NCBI GenBank assembly: GCA_964406795.1
Contig: CAYOTA010000007.1
Coordinates: 5,898 to 69,897, forward strand
Length of the DNA: 64,000 nucleotides
Source of the DNA: an uncultured Gammaproteobacteria bacterium
GTDB taxonomy: Bacteria > Patescibacteriota > Microgenomatia > Levybacterales > GWA1-39-11
Direction: 5' to 3'
The notes under the pieces are model-generated. The model saw nothing but the letters and a program-made list of their open reading frames with translations, did no database searches and was not told the origin of the DNA. Both the position numbers and the translations under genes were made by a program. This document shows, one piece after another, positions 36,706 through 45,809 of the stretch (positions are counted from its first letter, which is position 1; each line of letters begins with the position of its first letter).

Positions 36706-39071
36706 AACTATTTAATTATTACGACTTTTATAAGTTGTACTCTCTGGTACCCATGAGGGTTTTGCGTGTTTTAATTTTGTTGGGATTAGCTAGTCTTATA
36801 ATTCTTAACTATGAAGAGTTTTTATTGTTTAGACTTTTTCTCATAATTTATACACTCTTTCTTATTAACGAGATATTTATTTACTTTAAATTAAACAAGT
36901 CTTTCCCCCGATTTTTAGTTATAGATAATAAAGCAAATTTTGAAGGCTCCACTCTTTTTAAAACAAAGAAAATTATGTCAGGAAGGAATCTTTTCTCCAA
37001 TCTTCATGACTTATTCAAAGAAATAGACGTAGCATTTCTTATAGAAAGAATTGGCGGAACCATGCAAAGTTATGAGCAGGTAGATCTAAAAATCTTATAT
37101 GAAAAATCTTTAGAAGTGGCTCGGCGATCTGGGGGAAAATACATAACATCCGCCGATGTTGCGGTCGCATATTTACTTATCACGGAAGAAAAAACAAAAT
37201 ATTTGTTTCAGCAAGAAATAACAGAAAACGATTTATATGAAATACTTATGTGGGCACGTGGGAGGTATGGTTTAGATCGAGCTAAATCAAGCACATTGCA
37301 CTTCACCGGTTATGGGGTTTTTGACTTCTTTATTTATGGATGGGATACATTAATTAAAGAATATTCGTATGACATTTCTTTAAGTGTAATCAATAAACAT
37401 GAAACGCCAATTGTTGGCCGGGAAAAAGAGTTTCATGCAATGGTATCTATATTATCTAAAAATACAGCAAATAATGTTATTTTACTTGGGGAGCCAGGTG
37501 TTGGAAGATCGGCGTTAGTGCGCAAATTTGCACTTGAAGCATATAGAGACTCTCACTTTGTGCTGGCACACACAAAAGTATATGAGTTATTGGCAGACAG
37601 ACTACTTTCAGGAGTGCAAAACACGGGGGACCTAGAGTCTCGGTTATCTCTCTTGTTAGCTGAACTGGAGCATTCAGGGAATATTATTTTGTTTATTCAA
37701 AATATAGAAAATATATTTGGTGGCGGTGGGTTTAACTTTGATATGTCAGGTATTCTGTTTCAATACTTAAAAAGTGGGCGGGTGCAGATAATTGGAACAA
37801 CAACTCAATCTTTCTATAAAACCGTGCTTGAGAAAAAACCCAGCATATCTAATTTATTTGAAAAAATAAGAATTGAGGAGCCTGACCGGGCAAATATTTT
37901 CCAGATGATTGCTTCACATGTGGATATTATTGAGCATGAGTATCAACTGTCTGTCTCATATAAAGCAATTCATGAATCCGTTGAGTTATCTTCTACATAC
38001 ATGCCTGATTTATATCTTCCGGGAAAGGCAATAAATCTTTTATCTGATGTTGCGGCCCAAGCCAGAATGAATGGACAAAAAAATGTCTCCAAAGATGACG
38101 TAACGCGTGTTATTCAGGAGAAGACAAATATAATCCTTGAAAAGCCTACGGAAGAAGAGAAGAAAACGCTATTGTCGCTTGAGGCAGATTTACATAAAAG
38201 AGTTATTGGGCAAAATGAAGCAGTTGATGCTGTTGCAAAAGCCATCAGACGACTGCGTTCAGGATTTTCTCAGCATAACAGGCCCATTTCAGTATTTTTG
38301 TTTTTAGGCCCAACAGGGGTTGGAAAAACTGAGACAGCAAAAGCACTGGCTGCATTATATTTTGGCGATGAAAATTCCATGATCAGGCTTGATATGTCTG
38401 AGTATCAAACTCAAAATGAAGTAGAGCGTTTACTCGGTGGAATTCCTGGAGGGGAAGAACTTGCTAACTCATTGCCGGAAGCAGTAAGACAGCATCCATT
38501 TTCACTCCTTCTTTTAGATGAGTTTGAAAAAGCACATCCTCGTATTTTGGATATTTTTCTTCAAATTTTTGAAGATGGACGTCTTACTGATAACCAGGGT
38601 AAAACAGTTTCATTTAAAAACACAATTATTATTGCAACTTCCAACGCTGGATCAGAACTAATAAGACAAATGGTTAAAATGGGCCTAAACGGAGATAATA
38701 TGAAAAATGACTTGGTTGAGGCATTGCTTTCAAATGGCCAATTTAAACCAGAATTACTTAATAGATTTGATGACGTTATCGTGTTTAAACCGCTTACTGT
38801 TGAAGAAGCTTCTCAAATAGCCGGTCTATTGCTCTCACATTCACTAAAAACATTAGAAGATGATCAAATATATCTTACATTTGATGCAAGTGTTATCGAA
38901 AAGATAGTAAGGGAGTCTTATGACCAGGAGGCAGGAGCACGTAATATGAGAAGGTATATAGGTTCTACAATCGAGGATTTTATATCTAAACTTATTCTTG
39001 AGAATAAACTCGCTCGAGGAACACACGCAGTAATTGGTACTGATGTAAACGGAAATTATATACTACAATAA
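36702..39071 (+). CDS. Membrane-anchored ClpC paralog with degenerate (pseudo-ATPase) D1 and intact D2
   Basis: Two N-terminal TM helices and a Clp_N-like repeat. The D1 Walker A is GEPGVGRSA (K to R, T to S), the Walker B is ILFIQNIEN (DE to QN), and the Arg-finger region is altered. D2 is intact ([26 protein letters not shown]). An MGL tripeptide sits at the ClpP-loop position (KMGLNGDN aligned to ClpC KHLGFNVQD). Confidence 0.75.
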   Translation: MKLFNYYDFYKLYSLVPMRVLRVLILLGLASLIILNYEEFLLFRLFLIIYTLFLINEIFIYFKLNKSFPRFLVIDNKANFEGSTLFKTKKIMSGRNLFSNLHDLFKEIDVAFLIERIGGTMQSYEQVDLKILYEKSLEVARRSGGKYITSADVAVAYLLITEEKTKYLFQQEITENDLYEILMWARGRYGLDRAKSSTLHFTGYGVFDFFIYGWDTLIKEYSYDISLSVINKHETPIVGREKEFHAMVSILSKNTANNVILLGEPGVGRSALVRKFALEAYRDSHFVLAHTKVYELLADRLLSGVQNTGDLESRLSLLLAELEHSGNIILFIQNIENIFGGGGFNFDMSGILFQYLKSGRVQIIGTTTQSFYKTVLEKKPSISNLFEKIRIEEPDRANIFQMIASHVDIIEHEYQLSVSYKAIHESVELSSTYMPDLYLPGKAINLLSDVAAQARMNGQKNVSKDDVTRVIQEKTNIILEKPTEEEKKTLLSLEADLHKRVIGQNEAVDAVAKAIRRLRSGFSQHNRPISVFLFLGPTGVGKTETAKALAALYFGDENSMIRLDMSEYQTQNEVERLLGGIPGGEELANSLPEAVRQHPFSLLLLDEFEKAHPRILDIFLQIFEDGRLTDNQGKTVSFKNTIIIATSNAGSELIRQMVKMGLNGDNMKNDLVEALLSNGQFKPELLNRFDDVIVFKPLTVEEASQIAGLLLSHSLKTLEDDQIYLTFDASVIEKIVRESYDQEAGARNMRRYIGSTIEDFISKLILENKLARGTHAVIGTDVNGNYILQ

Positions 39072-39075
39072 ATAT

Positions 39076-40077
39076 ATGGAAAAAATTGCGGTTTTTGAAA
39101 TAGAAGAGTGGGAAAAGGAATTTATAAAAAATGCGCTTCCTCAAAAAGAGTTTATATTTTTTGATCGTCCGTTGCGACTTGAGGATGTAGGTGCGATAAA
39201 AGACATTAGTGGGCTTGTTGTATTTATTTATTCTCAAGTTACAAAAGAAGTTATAGATGCGCTTCCAAATCTAAAATTTGTAACAACCATGTCCACAGGT
39301 TTTGACCACATTGACCTAGAAACATGTAGGCAAAGACAAATAACCGTATGTAATGTTGCTGGGTACGGAGAGATTACTGTTGCAGAGCACACGTTTGCGC
39401 TTCTTCTGGCTATTTCCAGACGACTTATTGAGTCATATACCAGGGTTAAAGATGGATATTTTTCACCAGAAAATCTAACGGGTTTTGATTTGAATGGAAA
39501 AACATTAGGAGTAGTTGGCGTAGGAAGTATAGGTGCACACGTAATTAAAATTGCGCATGGTTTTGGGATGAATGTAATAGCATACAAAAGAACACCTGAT
39601 CCCGAGTTGGAAAAAAAACTAGATTTTAAAATTGTAGATCTTGATACGCTTTATAACACATCAGATGTGGTGTCATTGCATGTTCCCTATACAAAGGAAA
39701 ATCATCATATGATTAATGCAGAAGCAGTTTCAAAAATGAAAAAAGGTGTAGTTATTCTTAATACATCTCGCGGTCCGTTAATTGATACAACCGCTTTATT
39801 AAAATTTCTTGAAGAAGGAAAAATTGGTGGAATTGGCTTAGATGTTTGTGAGAACGAACCTATGTTACGAGAGGAAAAGCAGATATTATCAAAAGAGTTT
39901 AATAAGGAAGACTTATTGTGTTTGCTTGAAGAAAAGATGCTTTTAAATTATAAAAACGTGATCGTTACTCCTCATAACGCATTTAATAGCCGCGAAGCGC
40001 TGCAGAAAATTTTAACAACCACTATTGAAAACATTAACACATGTTTAAAAGGAAGTCCTCAAAATGTAGTTTCTTAG
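39076..40077 (+). CDS. D-isomer-specific 2-hydroxyacid dehydrogenase (D-lactate/phosphoglycerate dehydrogenase family)
   Basis: GVVGVGSIGAHV NAD-binding Rossmann motif and a catalytic R...E...H arrangement (TSRGPLID, TPHNAF). Confidence 0.8.
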   Translation: MEKIAVFEIEEWEKEFIKNALPQKEFIFFDRPLRLEDVGAIKDISGLVVFIYSQVTKEVIDALPNLKFVTTMSTGFDHIDLETCRQRQITVCNVAGYGEITVAEHTFALLLAISRRLIESYTRVKDGYFSPENLTGFDLNGKTLGVVGVGSIGAHVIKIAHGFGMNVIAYKRTPDPELEKKLDFKIVDLDTLYNTSDVVSLHVPYTKENHHMINAEAVSKMKKGVVILNTSRGPLIDTTALLKFLEEGKIGGIGLDVCENEPMLREEKQILSKEFNKEDLLCLLEEKMLLNYKNVIVTPHNAFNSREALQKILTTTIENINTCLKGSPQNVVS

Positions 40078-40421
40078 TTTTTGCCGGGAGTTATTAAAAG
40101 ACTTAAGAACCAGTTCACAATTGACACAATTATACTAAAGAATAACGCTGATAAAAATCCGTTTACAAAAAATCCAGGGACAATAACTGACGCAAGTAAA
40201 ATTATCAAAGCGTTTAATACAAAGATAAATAGGCCTAACGTTATAATTGTGATAGGTAATGTCAACAAAACAAGAATTGGTTTTAATATGGTGTTTAGTA
40301 TCCCAAGAACTATAGCCAGAACAAAGACAGTTATCGCACTTTCCACAACAATTCCTGGAACAATGTATGCCGCTACAAAAATTGATACACAACTTACTAA
40401 AAGATATATAAGTAATCTCAT
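40074..40421 (-). CDS. 4-TM membrane protein, phage-holin-family-IV/YvlD-like
   Basis: 115 aa with four hydrophobic helices resembling the Phage_holin_4_2 superfamily. Last gene of the sortase operon. Confidence 0.45.
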   Translation of the reverse strand: MRLLIYLLVSCVSIFVAAYIVPGIVVESAITVFVLAIVLGILNTILKPILVLLTLPITIITLGLFIFVLNALIILLASVIVPGFFVNGFLSALFFSIIVSIVNWFLSLLITPGKN

Positions 40422-40439
40422 GAGTTAAGGATAATATTT

Positions 40440-41036
40440 TTAGCGCGGCTTGTCAACCTTGGGCACAGCAAATACTAAAAGACGCTGTAGTGACGTACCA
40501 ATGGGAGTACATGTTTGCAAAATAAGTTGGGTTTTTTGAGTGTTTTGAAGATAAGAAACTTCATTTGGCCACACTGTTTTTTTATCACTCACTATATACT
40601 TGTATTTTTTACCATTCTTAATAAGCATAATTTCATCGTTTTTTTGAAGCTCACCTAATCTATAGAATGCACTATTTTGTCTTGTGATTCTCCACGGTAA
40701 GTCGTATGAATGAGCAAAAAGGAATATAGTACCACTGGTGGATGCAATAGTTGCTGTTCCTTTTGCATGAGCTACTCCTTTTTTTAACTCTTTTTGATAC
40801 TCTGCTTCATTCCACGGATTTACATTTTCTATAATGGGCGCTTGAGCCTGAATTTTTGGTATTTCTATAAATACACCTTTTTTGGGTGAAGCTTTGATAG
40901 CAGGTGGATTAACATACACAAACAATAGTGGATAATAAATATAAAGCAATACAAGAATGGGAATTAACATCAAAGTATTTCCGATATTTTTTATGATATT
41001 TAGTTTTTGTTTTTTTGTGAGCTTGAGATTTGTCAT
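40440..41036 (-). CDS. Sortase (transpeptidase), class-E-like
   Basis: N-terminal TM anchor, a His loop (GVAHAKGTA), and a LILQTCTP catalytic-Cys TLxTC motif. It lies directly downstream of an LPXTG protein. Confidence 0.7.
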   Translation of the reverse strand: MTNLKLTKKQKLNIIKNIGNTLMLIPILVLLYIYYPLLFVYVNPPAIKASPKKGVFIEIPKIQAQAPIIENVNPWNEAEYQKELKKGVAHAKGTATIASTSGTIFLFAHSYDLPWRITRQNSAFYRLGELQKNDEIMLIKNGKKYKYIVSDKKTVWPNEVSYLQNTQKTQLILQTCTPIGTSLQRLLVFAVPKVDKPR

Positions 41037-41086
41037 GTGGGTATTATGCGTGAGAAGAGCGTGAAAGTCAAACGTTTACAAATACT

Positions 41087-42190
41087 TTATTTTCCAGGAG
41101 CAATCCCAGAGCGATAGCGCAGATACCAACCTGAGAAGAATGTTATTAGACTTGCCAAAGTAATGAAATACAAAAGATATGATCCGGTTGCCGGAAGAAC
41201 ATCTCCACCACTAGCAGCACTGGACGCTGATGCTCCCCCTACAGATCCGCTTGAAGGATGGCAATTTTCAATACATGGCTTAGGGGACGGAGCAGGAGTT
41301 ATGGTAGGTGTTGGAGACGGGTTTTCTGGTTTTTCACAATCACAATCAGCATATAAAAAATTACTGTTTGCTGAATTATTTATTTCAATAAGGGACAATA
41401 TTCCGCCTGTTTTAATATAGACGTCACCCGTATTTCCTTTTGCTGTATTTTTCCCTGTGTTGAGCAATGACATAATATTATTTGTTATAAATGAATTGTT
41501 TGAGGATGTAGAAGCTAATGTCTTAGGGTCGGAGTAAAACATTTTATTAATTGAATCAGCTGCATTATTATGAATCGCAAGCACAACTGCTTTTTGTCCA
41601 AATGACAAGTGCTGGACAGAAGAGTTAATATTTGAGTTATCTAGTTGAATACTTGAAGTAATACTTCCTGTATTTATCACCACATGTCCATTGTTGTAAC
41701 TTGCAGTATTACTTCCGGTATTTGCTTTGACGGTAATATTATTAGTAATTACAGTGTTGTTGTTTTGGTTGGAATTAACTGTCTGAGAAGTTTGAGAGTT
41801 AATAATGTTATTAGATTCGGCACCATTGTTTTCAATTTTTATAGTTGTTTCTGAATTTGTGCAGCAAGGGTTGTTAGTAGCTACGTTCGCATTTATATTT
41901 TCATTTGAAATGTTTACTTCAGATGATGTGTCACCGGTTTTGATAGCCGTATCCCCTTGGTTACTATTTGAAGTATTGTCGCCAGTATTTGCATTAGAGT
42001 CTACATTATTTTGAATCTCTGAGCTATTGTCTTGGTGTACGGCAGTGTTTTGGTTTGATTCAACACTTACTTCATTTTGGGAGTTCGCCCCGTTTCCTGA
42101 TATTACAATTTCTTCAGCGTATGCTTGTGTGAAAATCTGCAGTTGTAGTGCTACGCAAAGAGTGAGTGATACAAAAATCTTTTTTGACAT
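41087..42190 (-). CDS. LPXTG cell-wall-anchored surface protein with Asn/Thr-rich repeats
   Basis: Signal peptide, ISGNGANSxNEV...TGDN...IKTGD repeat modules with CC/CDC motifs, a PSPTPT linker, and a C-terminal LPATG plus hydrophobic stretch plus RYRSG sorting signal. Confidence 0.7.
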   Translation of the reverse strand: MSKKIFVSLTLCVALQLQIFTQAYAEEIVISGNGANSQNEVSVESNQNTAVHQDNSSEIQNNVDSNANTGDNTSNSNQGDTAIKTGDTSSEVNISNENINANVATNNPCCTNSETTIKIENNGAESNNIINSQTSQTVNSNQNNNTVITNNITVKANTGSNTASYNNGHVVINTGSITSSIQLDNSNINSSVQHLSFGQKAVVLAIHNNAADSINKMFYSDPKTLASTSSNNSFITNNIMSLLNTGKNTAKGNTGDVYIKTGGILSLIEINNSANSNFLYADCDCEKPENPSPTPTITPAPSPKPCIENCHPSSGSVGGASASSAASGGDVLPATGSYLLYFITLASLITFFSGWYLRYRSGIAPGK

Positions 42191-42226
42191 GTATTTGGGG
42201 CAAGAGTAGGCAGGGGAACAATTTAG

Positions 42227-44455
42227 CTATTTGTGGGGCAGGTATTTAATAGCTTGTGAAAGTCTTTTTTTGAATGCAAATAGTGCAATTGCTGGAATTA
42301 AAAGTAATGCCCATGCGAGATTTAAAGTAACTGCTTTTGGTATCTCTGATTTAGCAGACACACCTGCAACCATTTTTGATATTCCAGTATCATACCCTTG
42401 TGCTAGCAGTTTGGTATTCGATTTATTATTAGAATTAGCACCGGTTGTTGATGCTACTGCAGCATGTGCAGTTTTAGGTGTATTAGTTGGAGTAGCTACT
42501 GTATTAATGTTGTTGGCTTGAGCAGTTTGATTTGATGAAGAAGCACTCGTATTAGTTTTTTCTTGTCCACCTCTGTGCGATTCGTTAGATGTATTTTGTG
42601 CAACACTTTTTTCTGCTTTCTTTTGTCCTGGCATTATCAAATCCCCCATCCAGTTACCAAATACATTAACTACTGTTACCATGAGTTTTCCTCCACCTGC
42701 TACGTTGTTATTCACAAAGTTAACAAGATTTGCAACAATCTGTGCGTCTCCTGTTTTTATAACATTATCTTCACCAATGTTGTCATTAACCTGATTATTT
42801 CCTGTATTAGCTGTAAGATCCAATGTATTAGATACTTTAGCTGTATTATTTTGAACTGTTGTATTGTTTTCCGTATTGTTAATAGTAGTGTTGTTGGTAG
42901 ATCCTTCACCATTTCCGCTAGTATTAATAGCTGTTATAGTTCCATCGTCATTCACAATAAATTCTGTACCAGCACTTCCTGCCATGGTAGAACCGTCAGG
43001 ACTGCCCATTATTTTACCAACCCATTTTCCGGCTTGATTAACAATAGCCAACCACCATGTACCATCAGACGCAATGTTTGAGTTTGCAATATTTAATACA
43101 TTCGCGGTTATGTCAGTGTTTCCTGTTTGAATAAATGCTGTTCCTTTTCCGCCATTTCTCATTGCTTCGTTGCCGCCAGTGTTTCCGTCAAGAATCAAAT
43201 TATTTTCAATTACAGTGTCATTATTTTGGAATGTTAAATCATTTTGCGCGTTATTAACTGTTGTATTGTTTTGGGAATTTGCTCCATTATTAGAAGTATT
43301 TGCAGCTGTTCCATTGGCACATGTTGCACATTGAAATGCACTTTCAGGAATAATGATGTCGCCGATTAAGTTTCCAAATATATTTACAAAATTTAAGGCT
43401 ACATTTCCAGCGATGTTATTATTAACAAATGTTAATGCATTAGCTGCTACATTAGCGTCTCCCGTTTCTACATATGAGTTACCACCGCCATTTCTGTTTG
43501 CCTCATTATATCCACTGTTTGCTGCAAGAGTTAATGTAGCATCTATATCTGCACTATTTGTTTGGAATGTATTGTTACTAACTGTGTTGTTAACATCAGT
43601 ATTGTTGGTAGAATTTGCCCCGTTATTTGTGTTCGCTACCGTTGTGCCACCATTGCCGCCACACCCGATGATGCAGCTTGCTCCAAAGTCTAAGATGATG
43701 TCTCCAGTGTGATCGTCTAGTACGTTGAATTCTGAAACTGCAACCCCATCAACATTTGTATTAACACCGGTTATAACTGTTCCCGTTGTGTTTGCATTAC
43801 CTGTTTTAATGGTGGCATCTCCCATATTGTCATTGGTTGTGTTGTATCCTGTGTTGCTTGCAAGCTCCAAAGAGCTTGCTACTTGCGCGTCATTAGTTTG
43901 AATGCTGTTATTGTTAGTAGTGTTTCCGACAGAAGCGCTATTGTTAGATCCAGCAAGATTTCCCGAATTAATTACCCCAACTGATCCGCCATCCGGAGCG
44001 GTTGTGCTGGTATTATTGTTTCCTAATGTGGTTATCGCCCCTGTTTCAGTTGCGTTTCCTGTTTGAACAGTTGCATCTCCGATTTGAGCATTTTGGGAAG
44101 TACCTTGTTGTGTTGCTGGTGTTGGAGTAGGTATTGTTTGTACCTTGTTTGTTTGTTGTGTCTGACTATTATTTTCTTGGTTTTCCTGTCTTTGTTCATC
44201 TCTATTTTTTTCACGAGGAGTGCGTGTTGGCTCAGGTGTACTAGTTGGTTCACCAAAAGATGGAGAAGTTGGAGCATTTGGAGCTGTTGGTGCAGCTGGA
44301 GCTTGAGGAGTACTTGGCGCACTTGGCGCAGATGGCGCTTCAGGAGCGCTTGGCGCTTCTTGAGCAAGTGTTATAGGTGCACTTTGAGTCACAAGTAATG
44401 ACAATAATACTAAAATTACTATTCCTTTTTTAATTTTTTCTGTTATCCTGTTCAT
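42227..44455 (-). CDS. Large surface repeat protein (same repeat family) with Pro/Ala-rich N-terminal linker and C-terminal TM anchor
   Basis: Signal peptide, (A/S)P(S/T/E)AP tandem repeats, then about 8 copies of a 75-aa module (GANSxN..V.N...TGxNxA..N.G...I.TG.A...AN..NFVNNN). The C-terminal hydrophobic helix plus KKRL has no LPXTG. Confidence 0.6.
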   Translation of the reverse strand: MNRITEKIKKGIVILVLLSLLVTQSAPITLAQEAPSAPEAPSAPSAPSTPQAPAAPTAPNAPTSPSFGEPTSTPEPTRTPREKNRDEQRQENQENNSQTQQTNKVQTIPTPTPATQQGTSQNAQIGDATVQTGNATETGAITTLGNNNTSTTAPDGGSVGVINSGNLAGSNNSASVGNTTNNNSIQTNDAQVASSLELASNTGYNTTNDNMGDATIKTGNANTTGTVITGVNTNVDGVAVSEFNVLDDHTGDIILDFGASCIIGCGGNGGTTVANTNNGANSTNNTDVNNTVSNNTFQTNSADIDATLTLAANSGYNEANRNGGGNSYVETGDANVAANALTFVNNNIAGNVALNFVNIFGNLIGDIIIPESAFQCATCANGTAANTSNNGANSQNNTTVNNAQNDLTFQNNDTVIENNLILDGNTGGNEAMRNGGKGTAFIQTGNTDITANVLNIANSNIASDGTWWLAIVNQAGKWVGKIMGSPDGSTMAGSAGTEFIVNDDGTITAINTSGNGEGSTNNTTINNTENNTTVQNNTAKVSNTLDLTANTGNNQVNDNIGEDNVIKTGDAQIVANLVNFVNNNVAGGGKLMVTVVNVFGNWMGDLIMPGQKKAEKSVAQNTSNESHRGGQEKTNTSASSSNQTAQANNINTVATPTNTPKTAHAAVASTTGANSNNKSNTKLLAQGYDTGISKMVAGVSAKSEIPKAVTLNLAWALLLIPAIALFAFKKRLSQAIKYLPHK
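44255..44365 (-). repeat. Imperfect tandem 9-15 nt DNA repeats encoding an (A/S)P(S/T/E)AP linker
   Basis: Reiterated ggcgc(a/t)cttggcgc units on the plus strand, translating on the minus strand to APSAPEAPSAPSAPSTPQAPAAPTAPNAP. Confidence 0.5.
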
Positions 44456-44490
44456 ATTTGTCAGTTTGTTTATTTTTATTTTCTAATTTA

Positions 44491-44540
44491 AGCTGTAGGG
44501 TGTCTTGAATTAGGTGCCCTTCAAGTGCACCCTACAACTT
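44491..44540 (-). terminator. Intergenic nested hairpin (possible terminator/attenuator) between two repeat-protein genes
   Basis: GTAGGGTG...CACCCTAC 8-bp outer stem enclosing a GGTGC...GCACC inner stem. There is no clean U-tract, so its function is uncertain. Confidence 0.3.
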
Positions 44541-44549
44541 AATGAAGTT

Positions 44550-45809
44550 TTAGAGACCTAAAACTCTTAAAAGATCTGAAAGATCAAAATTAAGAGATAA
44601 ATCTACATTAACTCCTGGTACGTGAACACTTGGCATTTGTGTAGCTCCGAAAACATTAACGTTTCCTTCGTTGGAAACTTTAGTCCATGAATCTGCGTTT
44701 CCAGTCTTGATAGATGGATCATCATATTCTGTTCCTCCGTTTCTGTTTGCGTCGTTGTCTCCAGTTTTAGCGTTTCCGTCTACATCATTGTAAAGTTTTG
44801 CGTTGTTTCCAGCGCCTTCTCCTCCTTGGTAAACTTCTGTGTCATTGCCGAGTTTAGCTTTGATTTTATTTTCAGAATCAACAAGATTCTGTGAGATCTT
44901 AGCTGTAACATCTGTTTCACATTCGCATCCAACTTCAGCCATGTTGAAATTAACTGAATTGTCAACTTCTACTTCTGATTCTGCATTTCCTGTATCTATC
45001 ATTACAGTTCCTCCAATGTTGTCATTGGCATCATTGTATCCAGTTTTTGCATCTGAATCGATTTCGTTTTTAACTTTGGCGTCGTTGTCTTGCACAACTA
45101 ATACGTCATTGTCTAATCGTGCGTCGATACTGTTGTCTGTATAAGCACCGTTTCCAGTGATCATAAGCTTAAGTGATCCAGCGTCACCATTTCCTCCAAC
45201 TGTTGCAGAATTAACATTTGCGGTTGTTGAAACAGTAACTTCAGATGTGGCGTTTCCGGTTTTAATGGATACGTCACCACTTCCGTTTCTGTTTGCATCG
45301 TTTCCGCCAGTTTTAGTGTTAGAGTCTACGTTATTTTTAACATTAGCTTTGTTGTCTTGGTAGACAGCAGTCTCGTTACTGTTAGAATTACGTCCACTGT
45401 TAAGCTGAACTTTGTTGTCAGATCCTGCTAGGTTTCCAGAGATTTTAACTTCTGTATCCTCTGCACAATCGCAGTTGTTAACATCTGCTACGTTTTTGTT
45501 AAGGTCATTAGCAATATTTGTAGTAGATGTTGCATCACCAGTTTCGATTCTCACTTCACCTGTGATGTTGTCATTTGCTTTATTTCCTCCAGTTGAAGAA
45601 TTAGATGTAACATTATTTGTTACAACTGCGTTATTATTCTGAGTAACAGTTGTGTTGCTTGAATTATTAACTTTTACTTCATTGTTGGAATTTGCTCCAT
45701 TGCCTGTTATTTCAAGCATTGTTTCTGCGTGCGCTAATGGCGCAAATACGTTTAATAGCATTGCTGATGTTGCAACAGCTGTTGCAACTCTTTTATGTAA
45801 GTTTGTCAT
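44550..45809 (-). CDS. Secreted Asn/Thr-rich repeat protein (four 95-aa modules; CDC/CEC motif in alternate modules)
   Basis: A strong SD GGAGGAGGTGA sits 7 nt upstream. Signal peptide ...APLAHA. Repeats I[TS]GNGA..N......TG.NDAN.N.G...I.TGNA.SEV.V, with no sorting signal. Confidence 0.6.
   Translation of the reverse strand: MTNLHKRVATAVATSAMLLNVFAPLAHAETMLEITGNGANSNNEVKVNNSSNTTVTQNNNAVVTNNVTSNSSTGGNKANDNITGEVRIETGDATSTTNIANDLNKNVADVNNCDCAEDTEVKISGNLAGSDNKVQLNSGRNSNSNETAVYQDNKANVKNNVDSNTKTGGNDANRNGSGDVSIKTGNATSEVTVSTTANVNSATVGGNGDAGSLKLMITGNGAYTDNSIDARLDNDVLVVQDNDAKVKNEIDSDAKTGYNDANDNIGGTVMIDTGNAESEVEVDNSVNFNMAEVGCECETDVTAKISQNLVDSENKIKAKLGNDTEVYQGGEGAGNNAKLYNDVDGNAKTGDNDANRNGGTEYDDPSIKTGNADSWTKVSNEGNVNVFGATQMPSVHVPGVNVDLSLNFDLSDLLRVLGL

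Noticed and set aside
42563-43081. 172-aa Cys-rich plus-strand ORF, and the 43353-43712, 42231-42521, 44032-44367 and 44063-44398 ORFs
   Set aside because: All lie antisense within the large Asn/Thr-rich repeat gene 42227-44455. The repetitive codon composition creates long spurious frames on the opposite strand.
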